From positions 10,294,001 through 10,358,000 of the forward strand of contig CM075991.1 of assembly GCA_038087875.1 (NCBI GenBank): 64,000 nucleotides of DNA, written 5' to 3'. This document shows positions 12,501 through 25,725 of this stretch, one piece after another. The DNA comes from Malacoraja senta (Eukaryota). The position numbers and the translations under genes are program-made. The notes under the pieces were generated by a model that saw nothing but the letters and a program-made list of their open reading frames with translations, did not search any database and was not told the DNA's origin. Numbering within the stretch: position 1 is the first letter of the stretch; every line of letters starts with the position of its first letter.

Positions 12501-14630
12501 TAAGTACAAGCACCACAAATCTGAAATTGTGTTTCCCCTTCCAGAATCCGAATTATTTACATAAATGATAAAAATCACTTGTCTTGATTTGATTTGATTT
12601 GATTTGACTTTATTAATCCCCTTATTCAGGGGAAATTCAGATGTCCTTGCAGCACACTAATAAAAATACAACATAGCATTAAAGAAGTTTAACATTAAAA
12701 CATAAAAACATCCCCCTACATGGTTCCCACTGTGGGGGAAGGCACAAAGTCCAGTCCCCATCCCCATGTCCACCCATAGTCGGACCTATTGAGGCCTCCA
12801 CAGTCGCCGCTACGGAGGCTCGATGTTGCTGGCCGTTCTCGCCGGGTGATGGTACTCCTGCGTCGGGAGAACCCTCTCAGCGGCTTGGGGTGCCAGGAAC
12901 GGCCACCTTCTTACCGGAGACCGCGGCTTCCAAGCCAACAGGCCGCTCTGGACGGAGCTCCACATACTGGCGATCTCGGCGAGAGATCCCAGGCTCCGCG
13001 ATGTTAAAGTCAGCGCTGCCGCCCGCAGCTGGCCGCTCCACAGACCCGCGGCTCCGCGATGTTTTTATCGGCGGTCCCCGCAGCTGGCCGCTCCACAGAC
13101 CCGCATACCCTGTAGAATCTGCAGAATTGTTTCCCAAATTCCATCCGCTTGTGACGCCCTTACATAATTGTGATTAGGAATCCACATTGAGTGATGGCAA
13201 GCAACAGGTTAACAGGGAGAACGCTGCATCCTCTCAGAATTCAGCAAGTCATTGTGCAGCATGCTGAAGCAACGCCAACTAATATAAAACAACTTTCCAA
13301 CAAACGTGGGAAGTGAGTCGTGAAACTGAGCCACGGTGGTATCTAAAAAAGAGCAAGGCCCTGGGAATTTGGTCCAGTGCCTGTTTGCTCCTATTTCAAT
13401 TACTTCACAAAGAATAAACTGCAGACTGTTTAGGTCGTCAAGCACTGGTTAACAGATGACAGACTCCCATGAGCCAACAGCGCACTGCAAAAGTAAGGTC
13501 CTGTTCATCTGGGCTACCTTCTTAAAACAAAACTGCCTGTATGAACTTAAACATAAATCTGAGCACAAAAGTTTGAAATAAATTTCCCAGTCGTGCCATA
13601 AATCTTCAGCTTGTACCACCTTGTTTATATCATTGGGCCACCAATAACATTTTTCGCCTCAGCAGCAGTCCAAGGGTGTATAAGAATCATTAAAAAGGCC
13701 ATTTAACAAAACAAAATTAATGTGATTGAGTGAACATGTGCAAAGACAAATTATTTTGGGAGAACAATTTTAAAGGCAGGAAAAAAAAGAACTTCCAGAG
13801 GAACGCAACGGGTCAAGCAGCATCGATGGGGAGAGGGGAATTATCAATGTTTTGGGTTGTGACCCTGCATCAAGGCTGAGTGTGTAGAGGGAAGATAGTG
13901 CAAAGAGGTGAAAGGGAGGGGTAAAGAGGTGAAAGGGAGGGGCGAGGCAGGACTTGCTGGGAGATGGGTGGACTGAGTGAGATGGGGATGATGAGCAGAT
14001 GAAGGAGGGGGTGGGGAACTTCAGAATCAAGAGGTGGTAGATGAGAAGTGGAACCAAATCAGGAGTGGGATGATGGGCCGATGCCCAATATTCATCCCTT
14101 ATTCGGTTCCACTTATTACCTCCCAGCCTGCTCTCCCTTCTCCCCACTTCCCTGCCCAAGTGGCACCATCTGCCTTTGTTCCCCCTCTTCTTGTTTCAAC
14201 CTTCCACCCAGCAGCCTCTGCGTGTAAGCTCTCCACTTTCTCACCATCAACCTCACCTCACATGCTTGTACCTATCAGCCCCACCTCACATCTTTCTCCC
14301 AGCTATCTCCACCATATGCACTGCCGGTCCTCATGCAGGATCTCAACCTGAAACATCGACCATACCTAAAGGCTAAAGAATGGTCCCGACTCGAAATGTC
14401 TCTTATCCATGTCTTCAGAGATCCTGCCCAATCCACATTTGTGGTTTTTTTTTAACCATACATTTGCCTCCGCAGATGCTGCCTGACCCGTTGAGTTACT
14501 CCAACAATTTGTTTAATGTTCTAGATGACAGCAACTGAAGTCTCTTGTTCATCTGCAGTCTCATGCTATCTTCTTATTTTTCAAGATTATGTGATAACCA
14601 ACAGATACTTTAGGATGTTTGTATCTGTTA

Positions 14631-14803
14631 AGGGCCCGTCCCACTTGCGCGATGTCTCATGTCGCGGGGTGATGCCTGTATGGTCGTGAGTAGTCGCCCA
14701 AAGAGTCGTACCTTTTTCTGGTCGCCGCTGGATTTTCAACATGCTGCGACTATGTCGGGTGCCGGCAGTCGCCGAAAAAAATTGCGTGAGTGGGACCGGC
14801 CCA
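14631..14803. mobile_element. PIF/Harbinger-like MITE (short)
   Basis: AGGGCCCGTCCCACT / AGTGGGACCGGCCCA, TTA/TAA flanks. Confidence 0.8.
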
Positions 14804-15145
14804 TAAGTTACTGCAAACTAAAGTCGAACTGCAACAATCAGAGATTGTGCACTTTCCATTCCTTCTTTAAAACACCCTGAAGTTCTCAGGTAAAGTGCCG
14901 AGATGCAACCATTTCCAGGAATACATGACTAAACACACAAATGATTTCCATTACTTCATAAATAATGTCGTCATGTGCCCACCCTTCACAGAGTCATGAA
15001 TACTCAGATCACTCAAACGACCATCAATGCAGGGCTTATCGACACCAATTCAGAAACCCACAGGCTCACAGTATTCGGTGAACGACCAAGTGAGTAATGT
15101 ACAGTAACTCAGCGGGTCAGGCAGCATCTCTGGAGAAAAGGAATT

Positions 15146-15179
15146 GGTGACGTTTCGGGTCAAGACCCTTCTTCAGACC
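15146..15179 (-). ncRNA. Minimal hammerhead motif, sense to KAT6A pre-mRNA
   Basis: Minus strand reads GGT-CTGAAGA-AGGGTCTTGACCC-GAAACGTC-ACC, inside a pLTR piece at ~15104-15230. Confidence 0.62.
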
Positions 15180-18100
15180 GAGAGTCAGAGTCTTTGGTGT
15201 AAACCAGCGTCTGCAGTTGTTTCCTACACAAGTCTGTCATTTATCTTAGCAACTTTCAACTGCATGGATGGAACTTCAATTCGGCTAATTTATGATTGAC
15301 AGCAAATAAAAATCTTCTAATTGTTTCTTCCTACCCACAACTTCACACGGTAAAATCTGAAACAATGCACCGTTCAATAAACACCAATAATTGAAAGTAT
15401 GTGTCTACCTGAGTCAATGCATGGGTTATCAAACCATTTCCTATTCGCCTCCACCTCTCTTCCAGTTGAATTCCATGTGGGAATGTTGACATTTGGCTCC
15501 AATACAACTGCTTACACATGAATTTGTGAGCACAGCAGAAGAAAATAAATTTGAAAAATCTAATAGTTTCACTGCATTTTATCTTGAATTAAATAAATGC
15601 TTTTTACTTCGGCCATGTGCAGAGAGGAGAAAAGAAACAAAGACTTACGCCTCATCTATGTACAAATGAAACGTGATTTAACTCTCCAGCCACTGAAGTG
15701 TCGCAGCAGCTGTGGCACTTGCCACGTGATCGCTGTGCAGCATATGATTTCAAAGAAACAAACACACTAGGCACAGAGAACAATACTGGCAGTCTGCCTT
15801 AATCCTTTGAGGAGCCAAGGCATTTATTTATTCCAGTTTTCCACACAGCACACACTTGCCCACACTGAATGGCGGCAGGCAATGTATTGCACAACACACT
15901 GGGCAAAGGTATTTGCAAAGTGGGCACAAGCAAATGCAAAGTTGAGTTAAATTTCAACCTTCCTCCTCCCAGCCCTGGTGACCTTTTTCAAAATTGATGC
16001 TGCTGGCAGGCGACTGACTTTTGTGGAACAGGGCTACTCCCTGATCGATTCTGCCAAACAGCATGCTTAGTTAAGCTGCTCACTTGTACTCAAATGGATT
16101 CCCTCACCCAGACATCAGAGCTGTCTTGATCGTGTTGAGTGGCGGTGCTGACTCGAAGGGCTGAATGGCCTACTCCTGCACCTATATTTCTAAGTTTTGT
16201 TGCTTATATCCTTGTTTTAATCTTCAGTGATTTATGTGCAAAAAACTCCGGTGTATCAAATACTTGTCAATCTCTTGCAATATATTAAAGGAATCTGATT
16301 TTCCACTTTCTCTCACAGTGAAGACCTCCTTTTGCTCTGGTATTTTATTTAATGCACATGTTTAATCAACAATGTTTTATTGTTATTGTTTAATGTTTTA
16401 TGTATCATTCCTAACTGTCGCTGTATGTCATGTTGTCACTTGTGGGTGGAGCACCAAGGCAAATTCCTTGTATGTGAATACTTGGCCAATAAACTTATTC
16501 ATTCAAAAAAAAAACATCAGAGCTAAAACTGGCAAAATGTGGCTTGCTGAGGAAGCAATTTCAAAATATACTAGTTAATAAGCTTCATTTGGCAACACTC
16601 ATTTGTTTGTGGGTTTCTCTCACAGTCCAGAGACAAGCAGAACATTGAGGTTGATGCTACAGTGCGAGGTGCTGAGGAAGCTGTTGACTTTCAGTTGAGT
16701 GGTTGAAGCAATACTCTGGAACCACACGCTGGGGGAGGTAATGACTTGTGTGGCTGAATGTCAAATTTTGTTATATGATGTTTCTGCAATGCACCTTGGA
16801 CAATTAACCACAGTCAAGGTGATGTGTGGATTGTTGTTGAATGTATCGCAGCACAAAACCAAAGACAAATGCTCAACTTTTTGGCCAAGCAGGAAGGACT
16901 TACAACTTGCACACAAGCCAACTTTTGGTCTGGCTGCCGTGTTCCTATCATGGAGGTTAAACAATGAAATTAAAATCTCTGGTACATGATGCAATGTGTA
17001 ACAAAGCTGACGCTCCACTCAAATGTCTGTAGCAAAACAGCAAGTTAGCCACGAGGAATTATTTTGACAGCAAAGCCAAAACAGGATTGACTATGAAGTT
17101 CCTGCTTGCCTCCAGCTCTTGACATAGCAAAAATTAAATTGACATGTTAATTTAACCGCTCCAGTGCCACATCGAAGGCACACTGGACACATCTAAGTGA
17201 TTTACTGTGACCTCAGAAGAGAAGCTGTAGAAGCTATTGGGTATTTTCAGCTTCAAGGAAGAATTTCATTGTTCTGTAGTTGGTACATATGACAATTAAC
17301 CACTCTTGCCTCTTCTCTTCAGGCCAGCTACTTAGAACTGAAACGTTATTTTGTGGGCCTTTTTTTAACGCCTACAATTTTACGCTCAGTTAGTGAGCTT
17401 TGTTCAAGGCAATAACAATGGTGTTTGTAACAAAGAGGAAATTATAGAGGGGATCGGGCAAGAAAATGAATGAGGCAAAAGATCAGTCCAGATTTCACTG
17501 ATATCAAAGCAGGATGGAGGAGCCATACGATCTCCTTCCGCTCATATTCTTCATGCTCCTGGGTCTCAAAACTGGGAAGAATCATGCTCATATCAATTGA
17601 CCAGCGTCGGTGACCTAATCAGATGCGTATTCCTTTTCACCAACACTGCAGCAGCTATGTGGACACCGGCAAACAAAGTATTATCTTCATCAATATGGTC
17701 TCACTATGTGGATATGCAATTTTATCAATCTAAATTTCATATTTCTCAGTCTCCGCTGAAAAAGTTAATTTTCAACTACCAATAATTCTGTTGCCGAAAC
17801 TGGGCCAATTGCACTGTCAAACTCAAAATGTCCACTTGAAAACTCTTTGGGAGTGTTGTGGCTGCACAGACTGCACCCAAAATTCATCTATGGATATAAT
17901 TACCCATCTAACGGGATGGTTTTGAGTGCTACACACTTAACCATTCTGTTGTGGACAATATTCCTGACACATCAGCTGATAATTTCCACTTACAAAGGTA
18001 CTGTAGCATTTTACTTGCTCGTGTAATAACGTTTCTGTGTTTAAATTCATTCTAATCAGCAGAGCACATCGTCTTTTCCTGCAAGGCTTACCTTTTGTTT

Positions 18101-18397
18101 CCCGTAGGAGATAAAAAATAAATATCTGGTGCTGATGTCAATATCTGCAACATGAGTGGTTTGCTCGCAAGTATGCACCAGTAACGGCATGCAACGGATG
18201 TGCTGGCTCCTTCCCCCAGTGACTGTTCTCCCCACCCCCCTCCGAAAACTGCACTACTGCTACTGTATATACATATATATATTTACTGTTCCATTATTCT
18301 GTGTTCACACTTCTGGGTGAGATGCTAACCGCATTTTGTTGCCTATGTACTTGTACACTGCACAATGACAATCAAGTTTGAATCTGAATCTGAATCT

Positions 18398-18858
18398 CTG
18401 GAGAGGGTCCAGGGGAGGTTTGCAAGAATGGTTCCAGGAATGAGCGTTTGTCGGCACTGGGCCTGTCCTCGCTGGAGTTTAGAAGGATGAAGGGGAACCT
18501 CATTGAAACTTACCGAACAGTGAAAGGCTGGGATAGAGTGGATGTGGAGAGGATGCTTCCACTAGTGGGAGGGTCCAGGACGAGGTCATATTCTCAGAAT
18601 TAAAGGAAATGAGGAGGAATTCCTTTAGTCAAGAGGGTGGTGAATCTGTGGAATTATTTGCCTCAGAGGGCTGTGGAGGCCAAGTCCATAGATGTTTTTA
18701 AGGCAGAGTTAGACAGATTGTTGATTAGTATGGGTGTCAGGGGTTATGTGGAGAAGGCAAGAGAACGGGGTTAGGAAGGAGAGATAAATCAGCCATGTTT
18801 GAATGGCGGAGTAGACTCGGTGGGCCGAATGGCCTAATGCTGCCCCTATTACTTATGA
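18398..18858 (+). mobile_element. CR1 LINE 3' fragment ending ~13 bp from the exon 8 donor
   Basis: LERVQGRFARMVPGM..LGLSSLEFRRMKGNLIETY and CR1 3' UTR. Confidence 0.85.
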
Positions 18859-18872
18859 CCAATACATCTCAC

Positions 18873-18991
18873 CTCCAGTGCAACTTCCTGAACATGTTGA
18901 AATAAGTCCAAGTCTTTCTCTGTCACAATGTCTTTGCTCAGCGATTGGTCATCCTCATTTTCATGCTTGCAGCCCCACGGGCCCTGATTGT
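18873..18991 (-). CDS. KAT6A: KAT6A coding exon (exon 8 equivalent)
   Basis: tctgcag|ACAATCAG...CTGGAG|gtgaga; 119 nt, phase 1->0. DNQGPWGCKHENEDDQSLSKDIVTEKDLDLFQHVQEVALE aligns to recalled human [40 protein letters not shown]. Confidence 0.94.
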
Positions 18992-19433
18992 CTGCAGATT
19001 CCGAAACAAAAACATTTTATTAACGAAGGAACCTTCCTTCAATAAAACCCTCCTGCAATCAAGCATGCAGGTGCAGGCTGAATGAGGAACTGACAACATC
19101 AATGTATTGATGTAATTGCCAAAAATCAAGGGAATAATGTTATGGCACTTACTTCCACAAAACATTGCAACCAACTTATGGGATAAAATGGCAGGTAGTT
19201 TAATACTTTCCTGTTGTCCATTAGTTTGGTTTCTGATGTTCTGTAATGTTTGTTGGTGTGGCTGGAGATACACACATCCTTTCCCATTGAAACAGTATGC
19301 GTGTCAGCCACAGTTTGACAGTCGATAGTGACCCAGCGGAGGATGCACGGAATGCGGAACGTCATATTGCTGAGGGCTTCACTCTGAATTATAACCTTCA
19401 GAGTTCAAATGCTGAAGGTCCGGTGAAACTCAC

Positions 19434-19472
19434 CTGTCTCAGATGGCTCTGCACCATTTCCCAACCAACAGG
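19434..19472 (-). other. Candidate 39-nt symmetric phase-1 cassette exon of KAT6A
   Basis: gcttctcctcag|CCTGTTGG...GAGACAG|gtgagt; adds ACWLGNGAEPSET in frame with no stop. No homology evidence. Confidence 0.3.
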
Positions 19473-20893
19473 CTGAGGAGAAGCATTCTCAAGACTCTGC
19501 CACTGCTCTGCCGCTTGAACAGGCTTCCTGGAGGTTGACATCAGAACAAGGGTTGATGTGCCCTCCCATCCCCTTTCTCTCTCACTGGGGAAGCACCTCA
19601 ACTCTGTTTGAAGCATCCTCCGCAATGCATGAGATAAGTCCAGGAACTCATCACTGGCAGGGATGGCAAAGTTTATCAAGAAACTGAAATGATATAATAA
19701 GCCTATATAACCAGCTTAAAAACTGTTGAAGTGCCAAACAGAGTCAATATCAATTACAGTTTAGGAAATACCATGTGTACAAACAAATATAAAAGGCAAC
19801 ATGAGATGCAGCAGAATGCAATAGCGGCTGGAATCAAATAGATTTGGAAGCATATTTGTAGTACAAAAGTTAGAAAGAAGCTCAATTGACTCAATTCAGT
19901 GTTTTAACTTTGTGATATTACTCCAATTATTTCCACACCAAATTTCCTCTGAGCAAACTAGCCCTGCAGTGTGGTAGGTACACTAGTGAGATAGCACGCT
20001 CCACTGGAAAGCATCGAGGGCTCAATTGTCAAAATGGAGGTTCAGAGATGACCATTATTGTGCCCTGGGACTTACGTGCGATGTGAAAGGGAATTGGCGG
20101 GAGATCAATTATGTTTTCTTTTTAAACTTTTGATGAAAAGCTGCCATTTTCAACTTAAACAACAGCAGAGACGTGATCACAACCAACAGTTGTCTTTCTC
20201 ACAATATCCAGGCATCGGGGCGGTCCATTTCATCTTACTTCTACCGATCCTTATGTTAAAAGGCTTTGGATTAAAAGTAAAGGCTACCACATGCAATTTT
20301 CAACGGTAAAATAGATAATTGCTGATTATCTGTTCTTATCTTATCTGTTCTTATCAATCTACAAGGGATAAGAATACATCAGCCAACTCTACCGTGCGAA
20401 CGCTTTCCACTTTAAATGGGTGTTTTGCTAATGCCATGAAAGAGATGCTCAATGGGAGTAATGTTAGCACAGTGCCATTACATGCATTTTACATTGCTGC
20501 TTTTTTTGGAGGTAGATTCAAGAGATTAGGCATACACTGTTGCCCTTGTGTGTTGCGACTGCACCACCTCGCTCCATATTTTTCATGACCCAGCCAAATT
20601 CAAGTTAAAATGGTGGGAGACTGAAAGGTACACAGCAAGTCTGTCAGTATTTGACAAAGAGTTGTACTGACAGGTTGGACGGTCAATCTACCTTTTCTCT
20701 TCCCAATTTTGATGTAGCTTCTGTTTTTCCTTATTGTACAGAAACGATGTTGAGCAGAGCGACTTTCATGGCATAAGCCCACCCGCTTCCTCTTTCAAAA
20801 GGCAAATAGCGACTGAAGCACCCCAAAAACAGCGCAACATGAAGCCAGTTTCTAGTGCTAGCGAGGCGTGGCAGCATGGTGTTCGCTTCTTAC

Positions 20894-21433
20894 CCTTGTC
20901 CTCGGCACTCTTACTCCTTTCTAATTCCACGTTTCCCTTCCTGTGCCAAAGGAACTCCTTTCCGCGTCTCATTTTACACCGGCTGCCCCTTATTGCTTTC
21001 TCTCTCACAGAAGGCGGCCGCAAATAAGGAGAGCGCGGCTTAACCGCCATCTCTATTGAAGTGCTGAGTCGCTGGTGAGGTGAGGTTTGTAAAACGCAAC
21101 TGGTTTTCTTGCTACTGTCCACCCTGTGGCCTGGGAAGACTGTGTTATCAACAGATGGACATGGCTCACAAGGTATAAGGCGAGGAGGAGTTAACTCATA
21201 GTCTGCTTCACCAGTGATATTGGGAGTGCAAAATGAGGACGGAGAGTCAAGTGGTTGCCTTCTTAACGTGGGCATTGTGTGCACACTTAATCTGCCAGTG
21301 AATGTCAGCTCACTGTGACCAACAAGGCTAGAACAGGAAGATGGTTTGAAGCTACTTAAATGCCAGCTTGGTGCTGGTAAATAAATCTCAGGGGATATTG
21401 GGCATGCAGGGATTAATGAGTTCAGTGCAATAC
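20894..21433 (-). CDS. KAT6A: Candidate alternative in-frame 540-nt extension of KAT6A exon 7 to a distal donor
   Basis: The frame stays open past the proximal donor. AAG G|GTAAGA donor at 20893-20888 is in the same phase (1) as the proximal donor and upstream of the stop at 20766-20768. Confidence 0.62.
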
Positions 21434-21753
21434 CTGTGGGCCATGTGCCGTTGTCAGAAGTGCTTGATTTTCGTGGCCCCTTTTTCTTGAGCCTGTATTG
21501 CTCAGCTAAGTCCAGAAGTTCTCCCCGAGGCTTGCGGCCATCGGGGGAAGGGGTGAAGAATTTGCTAAGGCCGTCAATGAGCCCTTTGGTTTTCTTATTC
21601 ATTTTCAGGCGGGATGATTTGCTGATTCGTGAGTTCAAAGTACCCAGTCCATCCAAACGACCCGACTTAGAGGAAGTGAGTGACAGGATTTTGCGTTTGC
21701 GCCCTCGACCAGGACCTTGTCTCTCTTTGTCGAATGACTGAGAACCTTTTGAT
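21434..21753 (-). CDS. KAT6A: KAT6A coding exon (exon 7 equivalent), PHD-MYST linker; proximal donor form
   Basis: cttcttccacag|ATCAAAAG...CCCACAG|gtattg; 320 nt, phase 2->1. [23 protein letters not shown]...[65 protein letters not shown] and RKSSTSD..WPT are KAT6A-type rather than KAT6B-type. Confidence 0.93.
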
Positions 21754-24700
21754 CTGTGGAAGAAGAGAGAATCAGATGAAACAAGGGTTCAGTCACACTC
21801 CATTTACAGTTTGTACAGTGACAAAGCAAGAGAACCTACAAAACAAGTCACACAGCAGAGCGTTTGGACTTGCCATCGCCCGCCGGGGGCTCCAACAGCA
21901 AGACCCGAAGCAGGGCCTTACATTGGCCGGCACGGCCTTAACGACCGCGGGACTTGCCATCGCACGCTGGGGACTTCAACATTGGAAGAAGAATGGAAAA
22001 CAGGGGAGAGCCAATGACTTTGCCTTCCATCACAGTGAGGAGGAGATTCACTGTGATGGATGTTTGTGTAAATTGTGTTAATTGTGTGTCTTGGGTTGTT
22101 CTTTCTTGTTGTATGACTGCAGAAACCAAATTTTGTTTGAACTTCATTTGAGGTTCAAATGACAATAAACGGTATTGTATTGTATTGTATTGTAAGTCAT
22201 CATAGAGCGAGTCATACAGCATGGAAACAGATCCTTTGGCCCAACTTACCCACACCAACCAAGATGCCCGATCTACACTTGTCCCACCTGCCTGTGTTTC
22301 ACCCATTTCCTTCTAAACCTAAGATAGACACAAAATGCTTGAGTAACTCAGCGGGACAGGCAGCATCTCTGGATAGAAGGAATGGATGACGTTTTGGGCT
22401 GAGACCCTTCTTCTAAACCTATCCCATCCATGTATTGCCCAAATGTTTTTTTTTAATGCTGTGATAGTACCTGCTTTAACTACCCCCTCCGGTAGCTCGT
22501 TCCATATACCCAATAGTTTTTGCGTGAAAAAACATTCATGGATGTTTAAATAAAAATGATCGGCGCGGTTGACCAATTCCTGGATGCCAAGCATCGTTAT
22601 ATTTGGCAAAACTCTTGGCAGTCACCATCTTTATGTGGACACAAAGATGCATTGGAAAAACAAGCTCATACAGTAACCTTCCTGCGAGCATTTTCTCCCC
22701 ATTTTCAATGGGAAGGTTTGATCCAGCTCTACATAAAGAACAAATGAATATCTTTTTTCTGCAGGGTAAGTGTTAAGCTGGCATTGACGGCACACTCTGT
22801 TTTTAGAAACATAGAAAATAGGTGCAGGAGTAGGCCATTCGGCCCTTCGAGCCTGCACCGCCATTCGATATGATCATGGCTGATCATCCAACTCAGTATC
22901 CCATCCCTGCCTTCTCTCCATACCCCCTGATCCCTTTAGCCACAAGGGCCACATCTAACTCCCTCTTAAACATAGCCAATGAACTGGCCTCAACTACCTT
23001 CTGTGGCAGAGAATTCCACAGATATTGAAATGGTGAGACAAAGTTGGAGGATTGCTGGGGAATGGGGAATATTTCTTTTGGGCTTGGTTGGAAGACCTGA
23101 TCCCGAGGTTAGGGTTTTCACAAGAAAGGGAAAAAATATCTTTAAATATTTATTTTTTGTTTCGAGGGATGTTGGTGTTGGTAAGCAAGGGTGGTTACTA
23201 AATTATGGGAAGAATAGCCCAGTGTAATATCTATCTGTTGCACTAATTGTCGATAATTAATATTTTCCATGGGGATTACAGCATGCAACAATGCACTGCA
23301 TGGAAACACGTACTGCAAACTGATAATCTGGAGCAAATAAAAGGATGAATTATCTAATTTCATTGGGTTTTGAAGTAAATTACCTGAAGGGAAGAACAAT
23401 ACATCCTTCAACAAGCCGGAATACAAAGCAAATGAAGTTATTTTGAAGGGTACAGGAAGAATTATTTATGTGGATAGACACAAAAAGCTGGAGTAACTCA
23501 GCGGGACAGGCAGCTTCTCTGGAGAGAAGGAATGGGTGACGTTTTGGGTCGAGACCCTTCGTCAGACTGGTTAGGGATAAGGGAAATGAAAGATTGGGGG
23601 AAAAATAAAAAAAATACATTAAAACTAGTTTTCCCCACACTTAAGATTTAACTTATTAGAGTTTCCACATTGGTTTATGCCAAACCTTATAACCAGCGTG
23701 GTTTTGATTCCATAATATCAATGGGCACCTGGACAGGTAAAGGGGTAAAAAGGGTTTTGAGGGATATGGGCCACTAGTGAGCAAATGGGACTAGCTTATA
23801 TTGGGCATCTTGGTGTGCATGGACGAGTTGGGCTAAAGGCCCCGTGTCCATGCTATGATTGTGACTCAGATAGAATAGTGTTATCTCGTAAATCATGGTC
23901 AACCATAGCAAAATTACACTGCATGCATCTCTGTGTCTATACCTGACAAACACATGTACAATAATGATAGCTACTACAGTAACTACTCCAAAGTGTCCAA
24001 AAACAATGGTAAACCACTTTTTGTTGCCATATTAAGCGAACAAGTTTTGTTTTTTTAAGGCACAACATGAAGTACAAACAAATTCTAGCTCTAGCTCTAA
24101 CTTGCAAAAATTGTTGAAAAATTAAAACTAATACCTTTAGGTGTAATCATTTCATTTTTTATTTTAAAGTGATGGCTTAAAGCCATTTATACCAGTCTTT
24201 GCTAGTTGAGTTTGCTTTCCACTCTGGTTTCTTTGGCTGAAGTTCATGGCAAATTGAACAGGATGTGTGGGTTTATACAAAAACATAGTGCTATATAAAG
24301 TGTTGCTGTCTATTTATAACCAACAATTGAGCCTGAGCTACATGGACAGGCTCAGATTCTGTAAGTCCTATACATGTGCAGATCAATACTCAGGTGAAGA
24401 TTATCCACTTCATTCACAGGCAGCCTGTGAGGAACCAAATGCCCTTCAGGGATCTCCTCGCTGTCTCCCTTGTTATGGCCACACAAATACAAATTAAAGA
24501 GGTTTGCTGAATCTCCAAGACTTTTTTCTCAGGGCACATGCAAGAAACTATACTTATTTTGTACATGATGTAGTCGCATGGTTCCTGCCAATCCTACAGC
24601 ATACAATGCTCAGAAATGCTGCTCCATCTCATAATCAATCTGGAATCTGAACCAGGAGCACCTCCGTTTAATCACATAAGTTATAAGCTTGATGAGAAAT

Positions 24701-25221
24701 AATTTTATTTTGCACATCACTAGTCAGTTTATAAAATCTATGTCTGCTGCAGAAGTGACGTGTGATAGTTCTAATGGATTTAGATTTGAGTTTGGCCTCT
24801 CCACAAGATTGCAAGTCTGAAAGCAAAAACTCAGGCATTCAAACTGCATGGAAGGTACTAAAATGTTCAGGTCAATGATCTTTCATTGACATTTCTTAAA
24901 AGTCATCAATCTAAAACCTTAAGATTTTTATGCTCTCCAGAGATGCTGCCGACTTACTAAGTAATACAAGGCTTTTCTGCTTTATCCCAATAATAAGCCA
25001 TCAATAAATCCTGAAACTGTTCATAGCCCACATTCTGTCTTGCCTTCCAGCCAGTGTGTCTTAGTAGCAGATATGCTCTCCGTGTTATTATGCCTTGCAA
25101 ATCAATGCGGCATAGCAGTGATTAGAAAATGCAAAAGAAATGGAAAATTGAAGAAAAAAGACTAACGCTGGATGTACTCAGCAGATCAGGCAGTATCCAT
25201 GAAGAGATGCTGAAAGATTAA

Positions 25222-25453
25222 AGGGCCTGTCCCACTTGCCGATTTTTTTTGGAGACTGCCGGCATAATTGACTAACGTATCAGGTCACCGAAAAATTCAC
25301 GGCGTGATCCGGCGCGATGACGTATTGACGTGTTTTTTCAAGCGTCGCAACATTTTTTTGTCGCCGCTGGGTTTTGAAATGTTCAAAATCTTGTGGCGAC
25401 AGTGATATGGCGCCGGCAGTCGCCGAAAAAAATCGGCAAGTGGGACAGGGCCT
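25222..25453. mobile_element. PIF/Harbinger-like MITE
   Basis: AGGGCCTGTCCCACTTGCCGATTTTTTT / AAAAAAATCGGCAAGTGGGACAGGGCCT, TAA on both flanks. Confidence 0.85.
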
Positions 25454-25592
25454 TAACCCGGCTCCTCTTTTTAAATATGCTGCCTGATCTTCCGAGTATT
25501 TCCAAAATTCTTCATTTTTGTAGCACTACAAAAGGTCACGACTACAGAGATCCTCTGGCAAAAACATTACAAACATCGACTCAAATACTTAC

Positions 25593-25725
25593 ACTGTCGT
25601 TTTCTTTAATCTATTTTTCGAGTGCCCTATTGCAGTTGCATAGCGCCGTTTTATCTGTACCGCTTTCTTGTGTAACAGTTTTCTTCCCTTTTTCCGTGGC
25701 CGACATATCTGACACACCCACATAC
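25593..25725 (-). CDS. KAT6A: KAT6A coding exon (exon 6 equivalent), end of PHD2 and basic region
   Basis: ttcccag|GTATG...ACAGT|gtaagt; 133 nt, phase 1->2; [44 protein letters not shown]. Confidence 0.96.

Noticed and set aside
18092..18144. 53-nt exon candidate (gttgcag|..AAAG|gtaagc)
   Set aside because: Good donor but weak acceptor, frameshifting after exon 8, and no homology.
20766..21656. 296-aa ORF as a stand-alone gene
   Set aside because: It starts at a TTG inside KAT6A exon 7 and is explained by the exon plus its extension. Intron retention to the stop at 20766 is possible but unsupported.
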